Source: Candidatus Krumholzibacteriia bacterium
GTDB lineage: Bacteria > Krumholzibacteriota > Krumholzibacteriia > G020349025
Reading direction: 5' to 3'
DNA length: 62,214 bases
Assembly (NCBI GenBank): GCA_035649435.1
Contig: DASRJO010000113.1
Location: 1 to 62,214 of the forward strand
A program made the translations under genes and the position numbers. Each line of letters begins with the position of its first letter. Position 1 is the first letter of the stretch. Below the pieces are notes generated by a model. The model had not been told where the DNA came from. It ran no database searches and saw only the letters and a program-made list of their open reading frames with translations. Positions 8,951 through 16,254 of the stretch are shown in pieces.

Positions 8951-11848
8951 TCAGCGAAAGTTGCGCACGAGTGCCGCGTCGCGGCTGCGTTGTCCTTGTT
9001 TGACCACCAGGCGTCGGTTGTCCGCCATCCATTCGATGGCGAAGACGATTCCCGACTGGAATTGGGTCAATTGCCTCGGATTGTGACCCTCCGCATCGAC
9101 CACCCAGACGTTTTCCACCCCGTCGTCGAGGATGCGCTCAATGGCGATGTTCGCCCCGTCGGGGGACCAGGCGTATTCGAAGCCGCGGCCCTCGGTGAAG
9201 TGGGTGATCTGTTGTGGTGGTGTGCCGTCGAAGCGCAGGCGGTAGAGGTTGAACCCCGGAAGCTCTCGATCGCGGAAAGTGATCGAGTTCCCATCCGGGC
9301 ACCAGGCAACATCGTTTCCCTGCGGGGGCAGAACGAAGGCCGCTAGCACCGAGCCGCCGCTCGCTGAGAACACTCTGAACTCGGTGCGCAGAATCGCCTC
9401 TCGTTGCACTGGTGCGACCAGGATAATGCGCGTCCCATCGGGCGAGACGAGCCCCAGCTCGCCCCAGGCTTGAGTCGAGACCAGAACGGGTTCGCCGCCA
9501 GCGGCGGGCACGGTGTAGACCGTGATCACCGAATCGCGGCGCGCGAAGCTGACGCAGCTGCCGTCGTTCGACACGTCCAGGAGCAGCTCGCTCGTTCCGG
9601 AGGTCAGCTGCCGCACGCCGCTGCCATCGGGCTTCATCGTCCAGACGTGATTGTCGCCCGCGGGTTCGAGCCGCTGGAAGGCGACACCCGTCGTGTAGGG
9701 AACGAAGTTGGTGACGAAACCGGCGTTGGTGGTGAGCACTCGGGGCGCACCGCCAGGCTCGAGTGACCACAGCTGCAGCAGTCCTTCGTGGATCGCGTTG
9801 AAGAAGATGTGTTCCCCATTCCCAGCTTGGACTCCCCCCGGCGAGTTCTCCGGGTTGGTGACGGACGTGATCTGGCGCGCCGCTTCGCCATCGACGGTCG
9901 CGATCCAGAGATTGGCCAGCGTGAGCGCGCGCGTGCTCGCGATCACATCGCTGGCGCTGGAAACGGAGACGCCGTTGTACGCAGTGAGATCATTGGTGAT
10001 GAGTCGCTTGTGGCGCCCGTCGCGATCGATGAGAAAGATCTGCGGCACGAACACGCCGGCGAGGTCGGCACCGGTGGCGACGAAGCCACTGCCGTCGGCG
10101 AGCCACTCCGGAGCCGTGAGCACCGCGGCCTTGTCGACGCGCACGACCTCGCGCCGGCCATCCTCGACCCGGTACACCACGAGCGTGCTGATGATGCCGC
10201 TCGCCCCCTGCTCGAACTCCGAGGCGACGACGAGCTTGCCGTCCGGGGACCAAGAGGGACCCCCGTTGTATACCTTGGGCCGCGGCAAGGTCGCGAGCGT
10301 GCGCTCCTCGCCGCTTTCCAGGTCACGCCACACGATGGTATCCATGTTTTTTTGTGGCACGCCACGATGGAAGACGAACTGTCTGCCGTCGGGGGAGAAC
10401 GACACACGCGAATCGACGTCGAACGCGCGTTCGCGTGGTGTGCCGCCGAGCGAGGCGACTTGCATGAGAGAGCTGTAATTCGGCGTGTCGGGTTTCGATT
10501 GCAGAAAGAACAGATAGTTGCCGTCCGGCGTGAAGCGCAAGCCGGAGAGAGCTTGATTCCCGAGCGGCAGGACCTCGACGTCGCTGCCGGTTGCGACCTG
10601 GCGGACACGCAGGCTGGAGCGGCCGCCGACCTGGGTCGAGTAGCCGAGATAGCGCCCGTCCTGGCTGAGAACGCATTCGACGACATCGCCGCGATTGGTC
10701 TGCGTCAGAATGCGCAGCGCCGCTGGCGCCGGCGATTGGCTCTCGCGGCGCCGTTCACGCATGACCTCGAGGCCGACCGCGACGATCACGGCCATTCCCA
10801 CCGCGGTCAGGACTGCGAGCCGCCGCGGCGTGAGCCCGCGTCGGGCCGGCGGCAACGCCGGTGTGGTCAGAATGCCGCTCCCGGACGACGCCGACGCGGA
10901 CAGCGAATCGAATTCGTCGACGATGTCGCGCAGCTCGATGGCGATGTCCTTCATCGATTGCAGCCGCTGTTCCGGGTTCTTCGCCAGGCAGCGGCGGATG
11001 ATGCGCCGGAGCTCGGCGGGCACGGCGGCGTTCAATTGATCGATTGGCGCCGGCTCCTGGCGCAGGATCTTGGTCATGGTTTCGACGCCGGTCTCGGCGG
11101 CGAATGGGTGCTTGCCGGTCCCGGCCTCGTAGAGCATGCAGCCGAGGGCGAAGATGTCGGAGCGGTGGTCGACGTTCTTGCCCTGCACTTGCTCCGGCGA
11201 CATGTAGCCCGCGGTTCCCAGAACCGCGCCGTCGCTGGTGCGATCGGTGGCCATGGTCTGGGCGTTGGTGGTGCTCGCATCGGCGGTGCGTGACTCGGTC
11301 AGCTTCGCCAGTCCAAAATCGAGCACCTTGGCGAAGCCATCGCCGGAGACCATGATGTTGCTGGGTTTGAGATCCCGGTGCACGATTCCGGCCGCGTGCG
11401 CCTTGGCGAGGCCGTCGGCGACTTGTGCCAGGTAACCGAGGAGAGTGCGCAGATCGGTGCCGTCGTGGATGAGATCCGAGAGCGTTTTGCCGCTCACGAG
11501 CTCCATCGAGATGTAGTGCACGGCGCCGGGATCGCGCGGTGATCCGTCCGCATCCAGCACCGACTCCTGGCCGATTTCGTAGATGGTGACGATGTTGGGA
11601 TGATTGAGCGAGGACGCCGACTTGGCTTCGAGGACGAACCGGCGTACGCGCTCTTCGGAGCGCACGAGCTCCGGGGGCAGGATCTTGAGCGCGACCTTGC
11701 GCTCGAGCGAGAGGTCGTCCGCCAGGTAGACCTCTCCCATGCCTCCGGCGCCGAGCGGTCCGATGATCCGGTAACGGGCGATGCGATCGCCCGGATGCAA
11801 CGTGCGTCCCGATGGCATGCCCGTCCTCCTCGTGCCAACCGGCGCCAT
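8951..11848 (-). CDS. Hanks-type Ser/Thr protein kinase with TM helix and C-terminal TolB-like (PD40 repeat) beta-propellers
   Basis: ORF 8951..11848 (965 aa). Kinase motifs are GAGGMGEVY, VALKIL, HRDLKPSNI, DFG and GTAGYMSPE. A TM helix (LAVLTAVGMAVIVAVGLEV) follows. PD40-like motifs then repeat: FTPDGNYLFF, FSPDGRQFVF, WSPDGKLVVA, VSPDGTRIIL, WCPDGNSITF, WSPDGANIAI. Confidence 0.85.
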   Translation of the reverse strand: MAPVGTRRTGMPSGRTLHPGDRIARYRIIGPLGAGGMGEVYLADDLSLERKVALKILPPELVRSEERVRRFVLEAKSASSLNHPNIVTIYEIGQESVLDADGSPRDPGAVHYISMELVSGKTLSDLIHDGTDLRTLLGYLAQVADGLAKAHAAGIVHRDLKPSNIMVSGDGFAKVLDFGLAKLTESRTADASTTNAQTMATDRTSDGAVLGTAGYMSPEQVQGKNVDHRSDIFALGCMLYEAGTGKHPFAAETGVETMTKILRQEPAPIDQLNAAVPAELRRIIRRCLAKNPEQRLQSMKDIAIELRDIVDEFDSLSASASSGSGILTTPALPPARRGLTPRRLAVLTAVGMAVIVAVGLEVMRERRRESQSPAPAALRILTQTNRGDVVECVLSQDGRYLGYSTQVGGRSSLRVRQVATGSDVEVLPLGNQALSGLRFTPDGNYLFFLQSKPDTPNYSSLMQVASLGGTPRERAFDVDSRVSFSPDGRQFVFHRGVPQKNMDTIVWRDLESGEERTLATLPRPKVYNGGPSWSPDGKLVVASEFEQGASGIISTLVVYRVEDGRREVVRVDKAAVLTAPEWLADGSGFVATGADLAGVFVPQIFLIDRDGRHKRLITNDLTAYNGVSVSSASDVIASTRALTLANLWIATVDGEAARQITSVTNPENSPGGVQAGNGEHIFFNAIHEGLLQLWSLEPGGAPRVLTTNAGFVTNFVPYTTGVAFQRLEPAGDNHVWTMKPDGSGVRQLTSGTSELLLDVSNDGSCVSFARRDSVITVYTVPAAGGEPVLVSTQAWGELGLVSPDGTRIILVAPVQREAILRTEFRVFSASGGSVLAAFVLPPQGNDVAWCPDGNSITFRDRELPGFNLYRLRFDGTPPQQITHFTEGRGFEYAWSPDGANIAIERILDDGVENVWVVDAEGHNPRQLTQFQSGIVFAIEWMADNRRLVVKQGQRSRDAALVRNFR

Positions 11849-12097
11849 GGTAGCCCGTGGTGGGCTTCATGCCAATCTCACCACGGACCGGCGCCGGATC
11901 CAGCGAGGCGGCTGGATGTCTGGCGCGATCGAACCCCCCAATTCCATGCATTGCGCACGAAGGGTGCCGTGATCGACGCCGGCTTGGATTCCATTCCGGG
12001 CAAAGCACGCGTCGACGTGCTAGGATCCTCGCATCACAACGTGTGTCGTTTCTTCAAGTTGCGAGTCGGTCTCAGGGCAGGCGCCCGGAGCACGAGC

Positions 12098-14437
12098 ATG
12101 ATTGGCCGCAGGCTGGGGCACTTCCGCATCCTCTCCGAGCTCGGAGCCGGGGGCATGGGTGTGGTCTACAAGGCCCAGGACGAGCAGCTGGCGCGGTTCG
12201 TTGCCCTCAAGCTATTGCGACCCGAATACGCAAAAAGTGAAGACAGTCGGCGCCGGTTCCTGCGCGAGGCACGCGCGGCCGCCCACGTCGAGCATTCGTA
12301 CATCGCCGCCATCCACGCGGCCGGCGAAGAAGACGACATTCTCTTCATCGCCATGGAGTATGTCAGCGGCTCGACGTTGCGGTCGATCCTGCGCCGGGGC
12401 CCGCTCTCGCCGCGAGATGCGCTGCACCATGGCATGGAAGTCGCCGAGGGTTTGGCGCACGCACACTCTCTCGGTGTCGTGCACCGTGATCTCAAGCCCG
12501 AGAACATCATGATCGGCAAGGATCACGCCAAGATCCTGGACTTCGGTCTCGCCAAGCTCCTGGAAGAGCGTGACGAGGAAGCGAGCTCTCTGTTCAGCTC
12601 GCGGGCCACGAGGTCGGATGACGAGACACGGCAATCGTCGCGGTTGGGAACACCCGCCTACATGTCGCCGGAACAGGTGCGTGGGACCCTGGTCGACAGT
12701 CGGTCGGACGTCTTCGCTTTCGGCGCCACCCTCTACGAGGCCTTGACGGGCCGAGCAATTTTCAAGCGCGAGACGAATGCGGACACGCTGGCCGCCATCC
12801 TGCGCGATGAGCCGGTGCCGGCGTCGAGCCTCAATCCCGCGGTTTCCGACGAGCTGCAGTGGGTGCTGGAGAAGGCCCTCGCCAAGGAACCACGCGACCG
12901 TTACCAGGACACGCGAGATTTGGTGGTCGACCTCGAACGCCTGCGCTGGAGGAAGGAGCGTCCGGTCGTTCCGTCGAACTCACAGGGTGAGAGGGCGCCA
13001 AGCGAGGACACCCCGACAGTCCCGCTGGCCGTCGATGCGCACGATTCGCCCGCGCCGGCTGGCTCCTCTCCCACACCAGTCACTTCCGAATCGCCGGCGC
13101 CGGTTGGTTCTGTTGCGTTCGAGCCCCAGAGTAACTCCAGTGGTGCTTCCACCATCCGCCCCAGACGACGCATCGGCTGGTGGATCGCCGGGGTGGCGGT
13201 CGTGGCGGTCATCGCTGTCGCGATCTTCTGGCCAGACCCGCCAGAATTGCCCGAGCCGTTGCCGCCTCCGTCACCGCCAGCCAGTGTGGTCTTTTACGAA
13301 CGAGGACTCCACTACCTGCGCGAGGAAGGCGAGACATTGGGCAGCCTCGACGACGCAATCCACATGTTCCACCGCTCCTTGGAAGCAGATTCGAACTCCG
13401 CCAACGCCTGGGCCGCTTTGGGCGAGGCGTATTGGACGCGGTTCAATCTCACGAAAGACGAAGCGTCGAGCGGCGAGGCCGAGAAGGCCGTCTCTCGGGC
13501 GCTCGCCATGGCTCCGGATCTGCCCGAGGTCCTCGTTGCCCAGGGGCGAGGATTGCTGGTCCAGCGGCGCTACGCCGACGCGCAGGCGGTGTTGCTGCGA
13601 GCCGTTGCCGAGCACGGGGATCTCGACATTGCGTGGTCCAATCTCGGCTGGGCGTATCAGGGGCAGCGCAATTATGCCGAAGGCTTGAAAGCCATTCGCC
13701 GCGCGATCGAGCTCAACCCGCAGAGCTTCCGTCACCACGTCTTGCTCGGCAATTTCTACCGCCGCTTCCGTGAGAACGAAGCCGCCATCGAGTCCTATCG
13801 CCGAGCCCTCGAGCTCAAGCCCAATAGCGTTTCCGCCTTGAACAACCTGGGAAGCGTCCTGCTGTTGAAGGCATCCTACGACGAAGCAGCGGAAGCCTTC
13901 ACCCGCTCGCTCAGTATCGAGAAGAACGCCAGCGCCTACGGCAATCTCGGCACCATACACTTCTACCGCGGGGACTATCCCGCGGCGGAAAAGAGCTACC
14001 GCAGTGCCCTGGAGCTGGAACCCAACGACAGCGTCCACTACCACAACCTGATCGATGCCCTGATCAAACAAGGGAAAAACGACGAGGTGCGCGCGGTGAG
14101 TGCGAAGGCGGCCACCCTGCTACAGCGGCAAGCCGACGAAATGCCCCAGGACGCAGAAGTGCGCGCGCGCCTCGGGATATTCTGCGCGCGCGCCGGCGAG
14201 GTCGAACGTGCACTGGATGCAGCGGCACGAGCCGAAGCGCTGCAACCCGGCAACGCCGAGATCCTGTTCCGTTCGGCCGCGATCCTTTGCATCGTCGACC
14301 GCACGGAAGAGGCACTGGACCGCTTGGAGAAAGCGGTCCAGAACGGCCTCAACAAGGTCGAGATCGAGAACAACGCCGACTTCGAACGCCTGCGCTCATC
14401 CCCTCGTTACCGCAGAATCCTCGATCTGGCCAGCTGA
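12098..14437 (+). CDS. Hanks-type Ser/Thr protein kinase with TM helix and C-terminal TPR repeats
   Basis: ORF 11600..14437. The in-frame ATG at 12098 gives MIGRRLGHFRILSELGAGGMGVVYKAQD. Kinase motifs are VALKLL, HRDLKPENI, DFG and GTPAYMSPE. A TM helix (WWIAGVAVVAVIAVAIFW) is followed by several TPR units (e.g. AWSNLGWAYQGQRNYAEGLKAIRRAIELNP). It is transcribed divergently from the 8951..11848 kinase. Confidence 0.85.
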   Translation: MIGRRLGHFRILSELGAGGMGVVYKAQDEQLARFVALKLLRPEYAKSEDSRRRFLREARAAAHVEHSYIAAIHAAGEEDDILFIAMEYVSGSTLRSILRRGPLSPRDALHHGMEVAEGLAHAHSLGVVHRDLKPENIMIGKDHAKILDFGLAKLLEERDEEASSLFSSRATRSDDETRQSSRLGTPAYMSPEQVRGTLVDSRSDVFAFGATLYEALTGRAIFKRETNADTLAAILRDEPVPASSLNPAVSDELQWVLEKALAKEPRDRYQDTRDLVVDLERLRWRKERPVVPSNSQGERAPSEDTPTVPLAVDAHDSPAPAGSSPTPVTSESPAPVGSVAFEPQSNSSGASTIRPRRRIGWWIAGVAVVAVIAVAIFWPDPPELPEPLPPPSPPASVVFYERGLHYLREEGETLGSLDDAIHMFHRSLEADSNSANAWAALGEAYWTRFNLTKDEASSGEAEKAVSRALAMAPDLPEVLVAQGRGLLVQRRYADAQAVLLRAVAEHGDLDIAWSNLGWAYQGQRNYAEGLKAIRRAIELNPQSFRHHVLLGNFYRRFRENEAAIESYRRALELKPNSVSALNNLGSVLLLKASYDEAAEAFTRSLSIEKNASAYGNLGTIHFYRGDYPAAEKSYRSALELEPNDSVHYHNLIDALIKQGKNDEVRAVSAKAATLLQRQADEMPQDAEVRARLGIFCARAGEVERALDAAARAEALQPGNAEILFRSAAILCIVDRTEEALDRLEKAVQNGLNKVEIENNADFERLRSSPRYRRILDLAS

Positions 14438-14490
14438 GAACCGATGGCCTGGATCGCCTTTCATCGCAGTCGCCGCGAGCGGTCCCACAC

Positions 14491-14853
14491 TCAAGGCTCG
14501 TCGACGATGATCACCGGATCCTCTTCGGTGACTAGAGTGCCGTTCGAGTCGAAACCACGGATGGTGTATTTCGCTGACAAGGGACTGGAGCCGCCCAGGT
14601 CAGGTACGTCTCCGTAAATCGTGCCTTTGCCCACGAACGGTTTCTTGAATTTCTTGCTGGAGCCAAAGAACTTGTGAGCGGGAAGCTGGAAATCGATCTC
14701 GGTTTCCACAATGTTCGGGTTGACGGCGTACACCGTCCAATTGATCCGGTCGAACTGCTTGGCCACCGGATAGGGCTGACTGACCACGGGTTTCGGTGCC
14801 GGGTCGGTTGCAGTAGGCGCGGGGAAAATGATGTCGAGATTGAGATTCGCCAC
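14491..14853 (-). CDS. Small hypothetical protein (ORFan, ~120 aa), lower GC than its surroundings
   Basis: ORF 14491..14913. The in-frame GTG at 14853 is preceded by AAGGGAG with 7-nt spacing on the minus strand. The product is VANLNLDIIFPAPTATDPAPKPVV...KYTIRGFDSNGTLVTEEDPVIIVDEP. It has no motif I recognise, and its codon usage is visibly more AT-rich than that of neighbouring genes. Confidence 0.5.
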   Translation of the reverse strand: MANLNLDIIFPAPTATDPAPKPVVSQPYPVAKQFDRINWTVYAVNPNIVETEIDFQLPAHKFFGSSKKFKKPFVGKGTIYGDVPDLGGSSPLSAKYTIRGFDSNGTLVTEEDPVIIVDEP

Positions 14854-15081
14854 GGGGGGTCTCCCTTTCGGAGTCCGGCTTCGAGCAAGGAAGGAATGAG
14901 GCAATTCAATCACATCTCGTCTTCTCGGTCAAATCGGCACCGTCGGATCAGGGGATCTACTGATTCCATCACCCGCTCGTGGGCTGGTCTTTGGGTTTGT
15001 CGACGAGTCTAGATCGACGAGTTTTGACAATTGCCTGGAAAGCGACTTCATGGTCGCCACCGGAACGGTTCCGGATGCTGA

Positions 15082-15807
15082 ATGAGGTACATGGGAATGC
15101 CGGACGACGACGAACCCTGGCCCGATTCGAGCGCAGCGCTCGATGAAGTTCAGAAGCGCCTCGCCACGACGCCGATGTCGCTCTGGCAGCCGCCAGGACC
15201 CGAAGTGGTCGCGCTGTTGCCATCGATCGCGGGGACCTTCGTCTGCTTCGGACGCGGGGGGAGTGGCGCCGGCGAGCGCGGTGACCAGGGCTGGGCGGGT
15301 GCGGCGTGGTTCGTGAACGGCGAGCTGGCCGCCACGGCGACCGCTCGTGCAACGGCGGCGGCTGCTTACGATCCGGGCCACCTCGCCCTGCGGGAGGGGC
15401 CGCTGCACGAAGCGGCGCTGCGCCGATTGCCGACACTTCCAGAACTATTGCTCGTCGATGCCACCGGCCGCGATCATCCGCGACGCGCCGGCCTGGCGTT
15501 GCATCTCGGCGCGAAGCTCCGCTGCGCGAGCGTCGGCGTCACCAATCGCTTGCTCGTCGCCACAGGCGATCTGCCGGCCGACGAGCCCGGTGCCGTGTCG
15601 CCGTTCACCTTCGACGGCGAGACCGTCGGCTGGTGGCTACGTGTACGGCGCGGTGTCCGCCCACTCGCCGTGCATGCCGCCTGGCGCACCGATGCCACGA
15701 CCGCGCTCGCCATCGTGCAAACGACTCTCAGCCGCGTGCGAACGCCCGAACCATTGCGCTTCGCGCGACGATTAGCACGCGAAGCGCGTGCTCGCGGCAC
15801 GCGATGA
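15082..15807 (+). CDS. nfi: Endonuclease V (deoxyinosine 3' endonuclease)
   Basis: ORF 15082..15807 (241 aa). It carries the EndoV-type motifs YDPGHLALREGP and LLLVDATGRDHPRRAGLALHLG followed by SVGVTNRLL, in the usual order and spacing for Nfi. Confidence 0.8.
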   Translation: MRYMGMPDDDEPWPDSSAALDEVQKRLATTPMSLWQPPGPEVVALLPSIAGTFVCFGRGGSGAGERGDQGWAGAAWFVNGELAATATARATAAAAYDPGHLALREGPLHEAALRRLPTLPELLLVDATGRDHPRRAGLALHLGAKLRCASVGVTNRLLVATGDLPADEPGAVSPFTFDGETVGWWLRVRRGVRPLAVHAAWRTDATTALAIVQTTLSRVRTPEPLRFARRLAREARARGTR

Positions 15808-15998
15808 AAACGAGGGGACTCTGCAGCGAACGCAGCCGCGTTGCGCGCGCCGAGGCGCGAGCGTGAAGACACAGTCTCTGCGGCAGGGACCTTGAGGGTG
15901 AACCATTGTCGGCCTGGGTCATTGTATTATCCACAATTCAGCAGAGTGATTCAAAATGCGCTACCACGCCGCCGCGCCGATGGGGATGGCAGATTCGG

Positions 15999-16100
15999 TG
16001 TAAACGCTGTTCCCATCGGCGCTCGGCGCCTACTGCGCACCGATTCCCCTGCCGTCCTCACGCCGCGAGTTGTGCCGCTTCTGTAAACGCTGTTCACATC
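15999..16100. repeat. Two copies of a 19-bp direct repeat, TGTAAACGCTGTTC(C/A)CATC, in an AT-richer intergenic region
   Basis: Copy 1 is at 15999..16017 and copy 2 at 16082..16100, matching at 18 of 19 positions and starting 83 bp apart. Each contains an imperfect palindrome, TGTnAAC-N4-GTTnACA. A related near-palindrome, GTGAGCGTTCAC, lies at 16149..16160. Confidence 0.6.
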
Positions 16101-16174
16101 CTCGAGTTCGCGCAAGGGTTGGCACGAAATAGGCTTCGCTGCGCAATTGTGAGCGTTCACTGTTACTCAACCTC

Positions 16175-16203
16175 TTGACATTCGACTCGCGTTTTTCTAT
16201 ATT
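16175..16203 (+). promoter_or_regulatory. Near-consensus sigma70-type promoter (TTGACA-N17-TATATT) upstream of the HNH gene
   Basis: TTGACA at 16175..16180, an exact 17-nt spacer, then TATATT at 16198..16203. The RBS AAGGTGG and the ATG at 16255 follow about 50 nt downstream. Confidence 0.5.
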
Positions 16204-16254
16204 CAGTTCGCCCTCCTCCCAAAAGAATTTGCTTCTCCTCAAGGTGGGGTCACC

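Noticed and set aside
8843-9346. 167-aa plus-strand ORF with an AAGGAGGG-like sequence upstream, in and beyond the AT-rich gap 8732..8950
   Set aside because: The SD-like element is ~15 nt from the ATG, which is too far. Most of the ORF is antisense to the propeller domain of the 8951..11848 kinase, and it has no recognisable motifs.
16145-16155. AATTGTGAGCG, identical to the left 11 nt of the E. coli lacO1 operator (possible vector contamination or a lac-type operator). A loosely lacO-like ATTGTATTATCCACAAT lies at 15921..15937.
   Set aside because: The right half (TTCACTGTTA) does not match lacO. There is no other vector-like sequence around, and the flanking DNA is continuous with native genes, so this is treated as chance or part of the local palindromic motifs, not as contamination.
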